Below, piece after piece: positions 7,334 to 17,245 of a stretch of DNA of 64,000 bases. Each line of letters starts with the position of its first letter. Position 1 is the stretch's first letter. The notes below the pieces were generated by a model, which saw only the letters and a program-made list of their open reading frames with translations, did not search any database and was not told the origin of the DNA. Location of the stretch: contig JALSNX010000004.1 in assembly GCA_026986775.1 (NCBI GenBank), forward strand, positions 471-64,470, written 5' to 3'. A program made the translations under genes and the position numbers. Source of the stretch: a candidate division WOR-3 bacterium (GTDB lineage: Bacteria; Hydrothermota; Hydrothermia; UBA1063; CAJXJZ01).

Positions 7334-8710
7334 TTAAATGGATTTCTGAAAAGTGAGTTTTAATCCATTGAACCGTGGGGTTATCCTGCACATACCCCCA
7401 GAACACACAAGCCCACCCCTCTGTTTACCATAGAAAAGTGAAATATTACCGCCATTTATGTCCCAGGACACCTCAATTCCCGGCCATAAGTTTTCAAAGT
7501 TGTATCTCGGGATTTTTCTGGTAGCGTATTCAAAGAGGAATTGAATATTAAATCTCTCTGAAAGGTAAACTGTTGAGTTAAAAGTGGTTTTGAAATAATT
7601 TATACTGTCCTCCTTAAACCTGTCAATTCTTGAAAAGATTTCTATAGAAAGGGGAGAAATATCCAGATCGCTCTGAATATAAAGGTTTTTAAGATGCGTG
7701 TATTCTGGTTCAACTCTGAGTCTGTGTTCGTATCCGGACTTTATGGAGTAACTTATGTCCGTGGAATATATATCCGTTTGAAGATAAAATTCCTGAAAAG
7801 CCCTGTTAACATCGGGATTTATATAATTCGTTTCTTGAATATCAAATAGTCCTCCAGAACCGATTTCAATATTACCACGGGAAAATGGAATAAACAACGT
7901 AAAAGAGCCTCCCTTATCTGAATTTCCACCAGATGGAAGGATTTCTGTTTTGAGAGGGACGGGAGGAAGATTGAGATTGTAAAACTCAATTGAATCGTAT
8001 CTTGCAAGTTGTAAAAGAAAATTGAACTTTGCCGGCATGAACTCAACGGACACGAAAACCGCAGAGCCCTTCTTTCTGGTATATGTTATAAAATCCACAC
8101 CCCTTTTTAGTGCAAAATCCATTGATACGGAAATTTTCTTGCTGTTCATGACTATTTCACCTCCACCTATCTCAGAAAATGCATAGGGTGCCGGCATGTT
8201 CTTTCTGTTCAATCTAATATAACCTGCAGAAAAATCTACAGAACCATGCCCCATACTCAGTGAGATACCCCTTAAAATACTGGCTGTATCCTGTATGGGC
8301 GTATACGCCATTCCATCAAATTGAAGGTCATGTGGTGTGCCACTTATGGCAGAAAGAGAGGCATTCCTATGTCTCGCTATAATACTCAATCCCTTTATGT
8401 ATCTGAACCTTTTAAACTGTATATCATGAGTTTGATTAAGCAGGATTCCAGAAAGGAGGTTTTTTTGAAAATACCCGATTCCAATCTCCAGATTTTTTGT
8501 GTTCAAAGTTAACAAGGGAAAAAGGAGATACTTTCTGTGGGTGTTAAAGATATTGTCCTCTATGAGGTAGTCCGAAGAAAGGGAAAATACCTTTTCTCTC
8601 AGTAGAAGGCTTCCGAAAGACTCAAAATGCTCACTCAAACTGTCAGAATAAAGCCAGTACTCTGAATGAATATTGAAATTAATCTGAAGAAACAGGAACA
8701 GTATCCACAT
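7334..8710 (-). CDS. predicted outer-membrane beta-barrel protein (DUF6029-like)
   Basis: 458 aa, alternating beta-strand-like pattern. C-terminal GGLVCSGGMCRITPRFNGLKLTF resembles the conserved tail I recall for DUF6029 proteins. Start uncertain because it overlaps the upstream gene by 32 nt. Confidence 0.45.
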   Translation of the reverse strand: MWILFLFLQINFNIHSEYWLYSDSLSEHFESFGSLLLREKVFSLSSDYLIEDNIFNTHRKYLLFPLLTLNTKNLEIGIGYFQKNLLSGILLNQTHDIQFKRFRYIKGLSIIARHRNASLSAISGTPHDLQFDGMAYTPIQDTASILRGISLSMGHGSVDFSAGYIRLNRKNMPAPYAFSEIGGGEIVMNSKKISVSMDFALKRGVDFITYTRKKGSAVFVSVEFMPAKFNFLLQLARYDSIEFYNLNLPPVPLKTEILPSGGNSDKGGSFTLFIPFSRGNIEIGSGGLFDIQETNYINPDVNRAFQEFYLQTDIYSTDISYSIKSGYEHRLRVEPEYTHLKNLYIQSDLDISPLSIEIFSRIDRFKEDSINYFKTTFNSTVYLSERFNIQFLFEYATRKIPRYNFENLWPGIEVSWDINGGNISLFYGKQRGGLVCSGGMCRITPRFNGLKLTFQKSI

Positions 8711-9149
8711 TGCTTTTCAGACTATCAAGTATGCTTAAAAAGACTTTTTCATCTCTTGAGGAAAAACCAGTAAATCGCTTTACAAGATTTCCCTCGGTAT
8801 CATAGAGGAAAGAGGATGGCAGGGCCATAACCCCAAACTCCCGCATGAGTTTCTGCCTTTTATCTATGATAACAGGAAAGTTCCATTTGTGACCCTTAAC
8901 AAAGGACCCTACCCTTGACATCTTTCTCTTACCGTCTTCGTTTACAGCAACAACAAAGAAGTCTAAAGAATCCATCAATTTGTTGATTCTGTCAAGTTCC
9001 TTTATACACTGACTGCACCATAGTGCCCAGAAAGAGACGTAAACAGGCTTCTTCGTATATATTGTATCAAGGTTAATCGTCTCTTTATTCAGGGTGGTTA
9101 TGTCTTTTAGTGGAAAGGACAAAAACACAATAGCAAAAATCAGATTCAT
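8679..9149 (-). CDS. TlpA/ResA-like thiol-disulfide oxidoreductase
   Basis: 156 aa, signal-like N-terminus, thioredoxin motif WCSQC. Confidence 0.8.
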   Translation of the reverse strand: MNLIFAIVFLSFPLKDITTLNKETINLDTIYTKKPVYVSFWALWCSQCIKELDRINKLMDSLDFFVVAVNEDGKRKMSRVGSFVKGHKWNFPVIIDKRQKLMREFGVMALPSSFLYDTEGNLVKRFTGFSSRDEKVFLSILDSLKSNVDTVPVSSD

Positions 9150-9153
9150 AATG

Positions 9154-9747
9154 TTACTCCCTGTAGATTTTTATTACTTTTTCCCCTGTTTCTGCTTTCA
9201 CGACGGCAAAGTATATACCTGGTTTAAGAAAACCAGTATATACTCTTCCATTTTGAGGTTTTAATGTTTCAATTATACGTCCATCAATGGTAAATACAGT
9301 GGCCTTTTCAATGTTTTTACCATAGATATAATCGCCACTCATGGAAATATCCAATTTTTCTGGCATTTCACTAACAGGAACACCCCCTGTTATTTCTATG
9401 GAATCTCTGTCCTGCGTTTCGTGCTGGTCGTATACGAGAAAATAAACATCTATGGGTCCTGTTTCATTACCACCTATGAAATCAAGGGTTATGGTGTCAT
9501 GACTTCCTGCTTCCACGGTGATTGACTGAGAATCGCCCAGAAAGCACTGGTTCTGAAAGCACATCTGAAATGAAAGGTCAGAAGGCACTGCAATCTTTTT
9601 AACTATCAGGTTGTAGGTGGCATTAAAATATCCGTTATTATACAGTTCAAAATTCAGTGGCACGTAACCATTAGTGTCCATATATACATGGGTGCTATCC
9701 AGTGGTGTTAAAACAAATCCAACAAGCAATACCATTAAAATCATCAT
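9154..9747 (-). CDS. secreted protein with T9SS-type C-terminal sorting-like domain
   Basis: 197 aa, N-terminal signal. C-terminal ..TVFTIDGRIIETL..LKPGIYFAVVKAETGEKVIKIY resembles type A Por/T9SS tails. Confidence 0.45.
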   Translation of the reverse strand: MMILMVLLVGFVLTPLDSTHVYMDTNGYVPLNFELYNNGYFNATYNLIVKKIAVPSDLSFQMCFQNQCFLGDSQSITVEAGSHDTITLDFIGGNETGPIDVYFLVYDQHETQDRDSIEITGGVPVSEMPEKLDISMSGDYIYGKNIEKATVFTIDGRIIETLKPQNGRVYTGFLKPGIYFAVVKAETGEKVIKIYRE

Positions 9748-10470
9748 TTAAAACCTCCTTTGTGTCACACTCAAAATGTTTTTATTGACCGTATCCTGAA
9801 TCATGGCAACAACAGTCTTGCCACTGAGGTAGTCTTTTTTAAAAGAAACACTCTGAGGCAGGTTTGAAGGAAGTAACAGGAGCTTTCTCACCACGTTATT
9901 GTATACAGAATCCTCAGCACCGCTTAACGCAAAGAACACAGAATCCTCTGTAATGGCAACGAAAAGTACACTGGTTGTCGTGTCAATACTCTGGAGAGAG
10001 TCACAATTAAATGTAATTAAGAGGCTATCTCCTGTGGTATCAAAAGAGATTATCAGATTTATTGAATCATTTAAGAGTCTAAGGCTCTTATAATAGGTGT
10101 CAAATTTCTCAATCTGTGCACTTTCATCGCTTTCTGCCCCATCTACACGATGCACACCCTGAATAATGGTAACTGGAGCCGCATTACTAATTGCATAAAG
10201 GATAGTTTTTAAATCTATATCTTCAGGACTTATCGTATCTCCTCCATCCCATCTCAGGTGGTATTCCAGTACAGCTATACTATCTCCATAAAGTTTTTTT
10301 AAAGAATCCACGGCGTGCTCAACTATTGGACAGTTCTGACATCTGGCATAACCGAAAACTTCAAACACAGGTATTATACTCTGCCCTGCCTCCTCTGCTG
10401 GTGGTTCTGGAACACGTGAGCAGGAAGAAATAGCAATGAATATAAAGAATGTCAGAAGGAAAATTCTCAT
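9748..10470 (-). CDS. thioredoxin-fold lipoprotein (Omp28-related-like)
   Basis: Start moved to M21 (MRIFLLTFFIFIAISSCS lipobox). CQNCP motif in the context EVFGYARCQNCPIVEHAV. Confidence 0.5.
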   Translation of the reverse strand: MRIFLLTFFIFIAISSCSRVPEPPAEEAGQSIIPVFEVFGYARCQNCPIVEHAVDSLKKLYGDSIAVLEYHLRWDGGDTISPEDIDLKTILYAISNAAPVTIIQGVHRVDGAESDESAQIEKFDTYYKSLRLLNDSINLIISFDTTGDSLLITFNCDSLQSIDTTTSVLFVAITEDSVFFALSGAEDSVYNNVVRKLLLLPSNLPQSVSFKKDYLSGKTVVAMIQDTVNKNILSVTQRRF

Positions 10471-10602
10471 CCTGTAATTATTATAATGCATTGACGTAGA
10501 AATCCAAAGAGTGGTGTTCACACGATTCAAAAATGATATTTATAGAAACCCAAATGGTTCGGAACAGAAACTTTATAATAATAACAAACGAGGAGGTATA
10601 AT

Positions 10603-13600
10603 ATGTTTTCTTTTCTCCTTGGCCTGAACATTCTGATGGGTGCCTTTTATTTCACACCGTCAGTTTCTCCGGATGGTTCTAAAATTGCATTTGTGTATAT
10701 GGGAGACGTCTGGCTTGTAAACAGAGGTGATGAATATGCTCAAAGACTTACGGATTCAAAGGGATATGAACAGGGCCCTGTATTCTGGTCAGAGGATGGA
10801 AGGTATATATTCTTCTCCTCTGATAGATACGGTAATCCTGACATTTTTCGCATGGATTTGATAAAAAGAGATGACCCGTTGAGGCTGACCTATCACCCGG
10901 GGGGAGAAAAAATACTCGGTGTAAAGGAGGGTTTTTTGTACTTCTTGTCATCACGCACAGAGTTTCGTGGTGCGGTTTACAGGGTTCCCATAAATGGAGG
11001 ATTTCCCGAAAAGGTGTGGAATTTTGTCATGAACAATCTTTCTTTTGGTCGTGGGGATACAGTATTTTTTGAAAGAGGATACACACCTGTATGGAGGAAG
11101 AAATACAGAGGACCTGCTAACAGAGATATCTGGATGATGAGTAGAAACAATGATAATATGCAAAAGATAACACATTTCAGTGGCAGAGACGCATACCCAA
11201 TGTTTTCTTTTTACGATGGAAAGGTGTACTTTATATCAAATGACAATGAGGCAAATGTCAACAATCTGTACAGCATGAATCCAGATGGCACGCAGAGAAA
11301 GCAAATCACTTTTTTCAACGAAGAGGTAAGGGACCCGTTTATCTCAGGGGACGGAAAAAATATCGTGTTTACTGTGATGGGCAGGATTTATATGTACAGT
11401 ATTCCCGAAAATAAGGTGGACTCAATTTTTGTGCATGTTTCAGAGGATAAGAAAAACTCAAATCCTTACTATGAAACCCTTACAGAGGATGCCACAGAAA
11501 TAAAACCTTCTCCCCATGGAAAGGAACTTGCTTTTGTTCTATTCGGCGATATTTATGTTATGAAACTCAAAGACAACGGCATGCCTGATTATACAAGACG
11601 TATTACATTTACGCCAGAGCCTGAAAAGGATATCACATGGAACCCTAAAAAAGAAGAGATCGTTTTTGCAAGTCTGCGCGATGGAAACTGGAATCTTTAC
11701 TCATTAAGACCAGCTGATGATAGTCTTTTAGTAAATGCTACGGAGTTTTCTGTGAAGAGGCTTACAAACACTCCTGTAACCGAAAAAGAGCCCGTATTCT
11801 CTCCCGATGGGAAACTCATAGCCTTCAAAAGAAACCAGGGGACGCTGTATGTCATGGAACCAGATGGGTCAAATGTCAGAAAACTCACGGATTTTAACGA
11901 TGTTCTCTGGGTTTCCTGGTCGTGGGATTCAAAATGGCTGGCCTTTTCAAGAACAGCCCTCGGATGGCGGGAGGATGTCTATGTTGTCCCAGCCAGTGGC
12001 AAGGGAAATCCTGTTAACATAACCAATCATCCCAACGATGATTACAAGCCTATGTGGTCCTATGATGGAAGACGGATAAGTTTTGCTTCACGGGATGATG
12101 ATGGCAACCTTTACGTAAAATACATTATCTTACGCAAGGAGGATGCGGATAAAGATGCAGAATATTTTAAATCCCTGAAAAACAGTGTTTCTTCACCCAA
12201 AGAGGTTAAAATAGATTTTGATGGCATAGAGGACAGGATAAGAACTGTTTACAGGTTTCAGGGAGGATACAACTATTTTTCCCAGGACAAATGGGGACTC
12301 TGTTATTTAGTGGAGGCTGAAGACCTCGGGTCAGACGACATCTGGAAAGTTGATATAACGGGCGAAAATGTAAAAAGACTCACCCACAGAGCAGGACCAA
12401 AAATGTTTTTCTTTTCCAGTGACGGCAAGAAAGTATTTTATCTTTCCAGAAGTGGTAAAATACATAGTGTTTCTTTAAAGGGTAAGGATAGGACATTGAG
12501 TTTCAAAGAGGTGGTCTCTGTAAAAAATGAGGACTACAGGCGAGCACAGATGCTTGAACTATGGTGGCTTTTAAATGACGGATTTTACGACCCGAACTTT
12601 CACGGTATTAACTGGAAGAAGATGCTTGAAAAATACCTCCCTTACGGTGTAAATATTTACGACGACCATGAGTTTCATACACTTGTTTCATATATGCTTG
12701 GAGAACTCAATGCCTCACATCTCGGTATATGGAAGAGATACTCTGGTTTTTATGAGAAAACTGGCCTTCTTGGGGGAGAATACAGCAGGGTTTCTGATGG
12801 TTTTATAATTAAAAGGGTCATTTATGACTCTCCTCTTTATCTTAAAGGCATTAAAAAAGGTGATGTCATTTTAAAAATAGACAGAATTTCTCTTGACACT
12901 GTTCTTAACATTTACAGTGCCCTCAGATTTTTGAGAGGGAAAAAGGTTAAAATAAAATACAGAAGGGGTAAGAAGGATTACACATTAAAAATAGAACCTG
13001 TCTCTTACTGGAAGATACGAGACCTCCTCTACAGGGAATGGGTGCGGGCCAACAGAATGTTTGTTGATAGTATTTCAAAAGGGAAACTGGCCTATATCCA
13101 CATAAGAGGCATGGACTTAAGAAGCGTTAATGAATTTAAAAAATCCTTATATGCACAGAGAGACAAAAAAGGTCTTCTGTTGGATATTCGTTATAATGGC
13201 GGAGGAGATACCCATGACATTATATTGAATATATTGAGAAGAACCCGCTACCTTTATTCTATTGAGAGGGGTGAGAAAGAGAAAGAATACAGCTCACTTT
13301 TTTCATGGGATAAACCAACGGTATTACTCATCAACAGTCTGTGTTACTCTGATGCTGAGATATTCCCTGCAGGTTTTCGTGCTCTTGGACTTGGAAAGAT
13401 TGTGGGAAGTCCTACCTTTGGTGCTGTTATTGGAACGAACGATGTAAAGTTATTTGACGGAAAAACCACTTTCCGTGTTCCAGAGGAGGGATGGTTCAGA
13501 CTCAACGGAAAGAGCCTTGAACTTGGCCCTGTTATACCCGACATACATGTGGATAATCCTCCGGTTTATGACAATACCACAGGTGACCCGCAGATAAAAA

Positions 13601-13635
13601 AGGCTGTTGAAACAATTCTAAAAGAACTCAGGTAA
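10603..13635 (+). CDS. tricorn-protease-like S41 peptidase (TolB-like beta-propellers + PDZ + S41 domain)
   Basis: 1010 aa. Repeated SPDG..IAF / WS.DG..I.F propeller motifs, a PDZ-like segment (GIKKGDVILKID), and a C-terminal S41 core (LLDIRYNGGG, LLINSLCYSDAEIF). Confidence 0.7.
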   Translation: MFSFLLGLNILMGAFYFTPSVSPDGSKIAFVYMGDVWLVNRGDEYAQRLTDSKGYEQGPVFWSEDGRYIFFSSDRYGNPDIFRMDLIKRDDPLRLTYHPGGEKILGVKEGFLYFLSSRTEFRGAVYRVPINGGFPEKVWNFVMNNLSFGRGDTVFFERGYTPVWRKKYRGPANRDIWMMSRNNDNMQKITHFSGRDAYPMFSFYDGKVYFISNDNEANVNNLYSMNPDGTQRKQITFFNEEVRDPFISGDGKNIVFTVMGRIYMYSIPENKVDSIFVHVSEDKKNSNPYYETLTEDATEIKPSPHGKELAFVLFGDIYVMKLKDNGMPDYTRRITFTPEPEKDITWNPKKEEIVFASLRDGNWNLYSLRPADDSLLVNATEFSVKRLTNTPVTEKEPVFSPDGKLIAFKRNQGTLYVMEPDGSNVRKLTDFNDVLWVSWSWDSKWLAFSRTALGWREDVYVVPASGKGNPVNITNHPNDDYKPMWSYDGRRISFASRDDDGNLYVKYIILRKEDADKDAEYFKSLKNSVSSPKEVKIDFDGIEDRIRTVYRFQGGYNYFSQDKWGLCYLVEAEDLGSDDIWKVDITGENVKRLTHRAGPKMFFFSSDGKKVFYLSRSGKIHSVSLKGKDRTLSFKEVVSVKNEDYRRAQMLELWWLLNDGFYDPNFHGINWKKMLEKYLPYGVNIYDDHEFHTLVSYMLGELNASHLGIWKRYSGFYEKTGLLGGEYSRVSDGFIIKRVIYDSPLYLKGIKKGDVILKIDRISLDTVLNIYSALRFLRGKKVKIKYRRGKKDYTLKIEPVSYWKIRDLLYREWVRANRMFVDSISKGKLAYIHIRGMDLRSVNEFKKSLYAQRDKKGLLLDIRYNGGGDTHDIILNILRRTRYLYSIERGEKEKEYSSLFSWDKPTVLLINSLCYSDAEIFPAGFRALGLGKIVGSPTFGAVIGTNDVKLFDGKTTFRVPEEGWFRLNGKSLELGPVIPDIHVDNPPVYDNTTGDPQIKKAVETILKELR

Positions 13636-13705
13636 TGCTTGTTAAAATATTCACATTGACAGAACGCCACCTGAGTTATAAAATTTTACAAAAAGGAGAG
13701 TTGGA

Positions 13706-14797
13706 ATGGCTGATTATATAAGAACCAGTATAAATGACCTTGAGAGGTTCGTGGTGGACATAATGAAAAAGCTGGATGTACCTGAGGAGGATGCGAAAAT
13801 AGTTGCTGATGTGCTCATACGGGCTGACAGAAGGGGAGTTGAGTCGCACGGTGTGGCAAGACTGAGGAGGTACGTAAATGGGCTTAAAAATGGCCTTATG
13901 AATCCACATCCCAGGATGAAGATAGTTAAGGAGACACCTGTTTCAATGGTGGTTGATGGTGATGCAGGGCTTGGAATGGTAATCACATATAAAACCATGA
14001 AAAGGTGCATTGAAAAAGCCAGAGAAAACTACATGTGCTTTGCAGCTATAAGGAACTCCAACCATTATGGTATTGCGGGTTACTATTCCCTTATGGCGCT
14101 TGAAGCTGGAATGATAGGGTTCTCTGTAACCAACGCTGCACCTCTGGTTGTGCCCACATTTGGCAAGGATGCAGTTTTAGGGACAAATCCCATCAGTTTT
14201 GCTGTTCCAGCCAACAAGGAAAGACCCTTTGTACTTGATATGGCTACAAGCACTGTGCCACGTGGAAAACTTGAAGTCTATAACAGAATGGGGAAAAAGA
14301 TACCATTATCCTGGGCAACTGATGAGAATGGTAACCCAACTGACGATGCTGCAAGGGTTCTTGAGAACCTGAAGGAGAGGAAAGGAGGTGGCCTTTTGCC
14401 ACTTGGTGGTGGTGAAGAGGAAACAGGTGGTCATAAGGGCTATGGACTTGCCATGTTTGTGGATATTCTGAGTGGTGTATTTTCAGGTGGAGCCTTTGGG
14501 CTTGATGTTTATGGTAAAAAGAATGCTCCTCCAAATGTATGCCATTTTGTTGGAGCAATAAGACCGGATGCGTTTGTTGACGAAAAGACATTGAAAGATA
14601 AAATGGACGGACTCATCCGGATGGTCAAAAATGCTCCTAAAAGAGAGGGTAAGGATAGAATATATGTACATGGAGAAAAGGAATTTGAAAAAGAGGAGGA
14701 AAACACAGAAACAGTGCCCCTGTACATAAGGGTGTACGAAGACTTGCAGAAACTTGGAGATGAATTTGGAGTAAACCCACCAGAGGAAATTAAATAA
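13706..14797 (+). CDS. Ldh2-family malate/L-lactate/sulfolactate dehydrogenase
   Basis: 363 aa. ADRRGVESHGV.RL..Y and SNHYGIAGYY motifs typical of the Ldh_2 family. Confidence 0.8.
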   Translation: MADYIRTSINDLERFVVDIMKKLDVPEEDAKIVADVLIRADRRGVESHGVARLRRYVNGLKNGLMNPHPRMKIVKETPVSMVVDGDAGLGMVITYKTMKRCIEKARENYMCFAAIRNSNHYGIAGYYSLMALEAGMIGFSVTNAAPLVVPTFGKDAVLGTNPISFAVPANKERPFVLDMATSTVPRGKLEVYNRMGKKIPLSWATDENGNPTDDAARVLENLKERKGGGLLPLGGGEEETGGHKGYGLAMFVDILSGVFSGGAFGLDVYGKKNAPPNVCHFVGAIRPDAFVDEKTLKDKMDGLIRMVKNAPKREGKDRIYVHGEKEFEKEEENTETVPLYIRVYEDLQKLGDEFGVNPPEEIK

Positions 14798-14800
14798 CCT

Positions 14801-15229
14801 ATGGAAAAGGAAATTATCTGGAGCGTCCATCCCGCCCGCAAAGACAGAAGAAAATTTGCACTTTTTGTGGTATCCTTTGTTCTTTCTCTGATTTTGCTTT
14901 ACTTTGCGGGCGGGGTTTTCTGGATGCTATTTGGAGCCTTAGTGCTACTTATTGCCCTCTACCCTTTTTATGTTAGAACAGAGTATCGGGCATCAAGAGA
15001 GGGGATATTTATTAAAAGGCCTCTTTTTAAGAAAAAAAGAAAGTGGAATGAGTTCAGAAGGTTAAGGGAGTATGAGAACGGAGTGCTTTTGAGTCCGTAT
15101 AAGAAGGATACGTTTTTAGAAAACTTCAGGGGAGAGTTTCTCCTTATTGAGCCCGAAGATAAAAAAGAAGTTATGAATGTCCTCAAGGAGCTTTTAGATG
15201 AATATGGAGGAGAGGGTAAAAAGACTTAG
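14801..15229 (+). CDS. small membrane protein, unknown function
   Basis: 142 aa. Two hydrophobic helices, then a basic soluble domain. No motif recognised. Confidence 0.4.
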   Translation: MEKEIIWSVHPARKDRRKFALFVVSFVLSLILLYFAGGVFWMLFGALVLLIALYPFYVRTEYRASREGIFIKRPLFKKKRKWNEFRRLREYENGVLLSPYKKDTFLENFRGEFLLIEPEDKKEVMNVLKELLDEYGGEGKKT

Positions 15230-15875
15230 GGAGAAGATTTCGGTTTTTTGTGAAAAGGCACACAGAAATCCCGATGATATTATCGTTGTGGCTGTCACTA
15301 AAACAGTTAGACCTGAGCGTATAGAGGAGGCTTACAGACTCGGTTTTAATATCTTCGGCGAAAACAAGGTGCAGGAAGCGAGGGAAAAGATACCTCAACT
15401 TTCCCACTTAAAAAACGTAAAATGGCATCTTATAGGTCATCTCCAGAGAAATAAGGTGAAATATGCTGTAAAACTCTTTGATATGATACAATCTGTTGAT
15501 TCTTTTGCTCTTGCCGATGAAATAGAGAAAAGGGCAATAGGAAAGATAGATATTCTCATAGAGGTCAATACATCAAAAGAGCCACAAAAGCATGGCATAC
15601 CTCCTTCAGAGGCCTTTAATCTTGTGGAGCACATACTGAATCTTGATAATTTAAACCTCAAAGGGTTTATGACAGTAGGTCCGTATCCTGTGGAAGAGAA
15701 AAAGACAAGAGAGTCTTTTGCATTACTCAGGGAAATAAGAGATAAGGCAGAAACGCTGTTTGGCTTGAAGTTTCCCGTTCTTTCCATGGGTATGACAGAA
15801 GACTTTAAGTATGCCATACTTGAAGGCAGCACAATGATACGCATTGGTAGAGCAATCTTTGGTGAGAGGTATTAA
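15198..15875 (+). CDS. yggS: YggS-family pyridoxal-phosphate homeostasis protein
   Basis: 225 aa. VAVTKT (PLP Lys), FGENKVQE, HLIGHLQRNK, LSMGMT.DF. Confidence 0.9.
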   Translation: MNMEERVKRLREKISVFCEKAHRNPDDIIVVAVTKTVRPERIEEAYRLGFNIFGENKVQEAREKIPQLSHLKNVKWHLIGHLQRNKVKYAVKLFDMIQSVDSFALADEIEKRAIGKIDILIEVNTSKEPQKHGIPPSEAFNLVEHILNLDNLNLKGFMTVGPYPVEEKKTRESFALLREIRDKAETLFGLKFPVLSMGMTEDFKYAILEGSTMIRIGRAIFGERY

Positions 15876-15876
15876 C

Positions 15877-16089
15877 ATGGAGTGGAAGGTTGTATTTGAG
15901 GGAGAGCGCATGGAAGCGCAAATAGTAAAAGGCCTTCTGGATTCTGAAGGTATTCCATCAAGCCTTCAGTATGAGGCTGTGGGAAAAGTCTATGGTTTTA
16001 CAGTTGACGGACTCGGTAAAGTTAGAGTGCTTGTTCCTGAAGATAGGTATGATGAAGCACAGCAACTTATTGAAGAACACAGAAAATAA
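15877..16089 (+). CDS. DUF2007-like small protein
   Basis: Start set at MEWKVV (RBS GGTGAGAGG upstream, 1 nt after the yggS stop). EAQIVKGLLDSEGIP resembles DUF2007. Confidence 0.5.
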   Translation: MEWKVVFEGERMEAQIVKGLLDSEGIPSSLQYEAVGKVYGFTVDGLGKVRVLVPEDRYDEAQQLIEEHRK

Positions 16090-16114
16090 TTATTGGACTT
16101 GCGCATGAAAATAT

Positions 16115-16143
16115 TTGACAGGACTTTTAGAATAATTTACAAT
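16115..16143 (+). promoter_or_regulatory. sigma70-type promoter of the fur-family gene
   Basis: TTGACA, 17-nt spacer, TACAAT. The A/T-rich AATAATT..ATTGATGATAA sequence overlapping the -10 could be an autoregulatory box (not palindromic enough to call). Confidence 0.5.
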
Positions 16144-16179
16144 TGATGATAAAAATAAATCTTTTTAAAGGAGTGCGGA

Positions 16180-16596
16180 ATGGGAGGTAAGGGTATAAGA
16201 ATAACAAGAAAACGACAGGCTATACTTGATGTTCTCAAGAACACGGATGAACACCTTACAGCAGAGAACATATACTTCATCCTCAAGCGGAAGAATGTAA
16301 AGGTTGGGCTTGCCACCATATACAGGACACTGGACCTCTTTTATCAAAACGGCATTGTGAATAAGATAAACATTGGAGATGGAACCATTCGTTATGAATA
16401 TGTTGATAAAAAGAGTGTGCATCACCATCATCTCGTGTGTATAAAGTGTGGAAAGGTAATGGAGTATACTGATGAAAAAGAGCCCGCTTTTCTTGAAGAG
16501 CTTGCAGCAAGAATAAAGAAAAATTACGGATTTTCCGTTCTTTCACATGAAATATACCTTTACGGAATATGCAAAGAATGCAATGAGGGAGAGTGA
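16180..16596 (+). CDS. Fur-family metalloregulator (Fur/PerR/Zur)
   Basis: 138 aa. TRKRQAILDVL wHTH, HHHHLVCIKCGKV and CKEC zinc motifs. Confidence 0.9.
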   Translation: MGGKGIRITRKRQAILDVLKNTDEHLTAENIYFILKRKNVKVGLATIYRTLDLFYQNGIVNKINIGDGTIRYEYVDKKSVHHHHLVCIKCGKVMEYTDEKEPAFLEELAARIKKNYGFSVLSHEIYLYGICKECNEGE

Positions 16597-17245
16597 GCCT
16601 CAAATTGAGGTGTTCAACGTTTTCGGCGATGAGTATGACAGATGGTTTGAAGAAAAGGGAAAAGTAATTTTTGAAAATGAGCTTTTACTTTTTAAAACTA
16701 TAAATCATTATATCAGACACCCCTCTATTGAAATTGGTTCTGGCAGTGGCAGGTTTGCGAAGGAACTTAAGGTGGATTTTGCCATAGAGCCATCCAGAAA
16801 ATTGCGCAAAATAAGCATAAAAAGAGGAATTATACCCATTGCAGCAAGGGGTGAAGATATACCATTTGATGATGGAGTATTTAAAACCGTTTTTATAATC
16901 GTGACTCTGTGCTTTTCCAGAAAACCGGAACTTATCTTGAAGGAATCCGCAAGAATTCTTCAAGAAGATGGAAATTTAATACTTGGTCTTGTTTTAAAAG
17001 ACTCTATATGGGGAAGACTTTACGAAAAAAAGAAAAGAGAAGGCCACAGATTTTACAGCGTGGCCAATTTTTACACCCTTTATGAAATTGAAAAGATGCT
17101 TGAATCTGCAGGTCTTGAGATACATGATATTTATTCCACTTTAACCATGCCACCTGAAAGGTTAAATGACATACAGAAACCCGTGCGTGGATACATAAAG
17201 GATGCTGGATTTGTTGGTATAGTTGCAAGGAAAATCAGAGGATAA
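16547..17245 (+). CDS. class I SAM-dependent methyltransferase
   Basis: Motif I IEIGSGSGRFA. The true start may be the downstream Met at 16583. Confidence 0.7.
   Translation: MKYTFTEYAKNAMRESEPQIEVFNVFGDEYDRWFEEKGKVIFENELLLFKTINHYIRHPSIEIGSGSGRFAKELKVDFAIEPSRKLRKISIKRGIIPIAARGEDIPFDDGVFKTVFIIVTLCFSRKPELILKESARILQEDGNLILGLVLKDSIWGRLYEKKKREGHRFYSVANFYTLYEIEKMLESAGLEIHDIYSTLTMPPERLNDIQKPVRGYIKDAGFVGIVARKIRG

Noticed and set aside
14244-14841. Three overlapping 110-115-aa minus-strand ORFs
   Set aside because: They are antisense shadows within the well-supported Ldh2-family gene.
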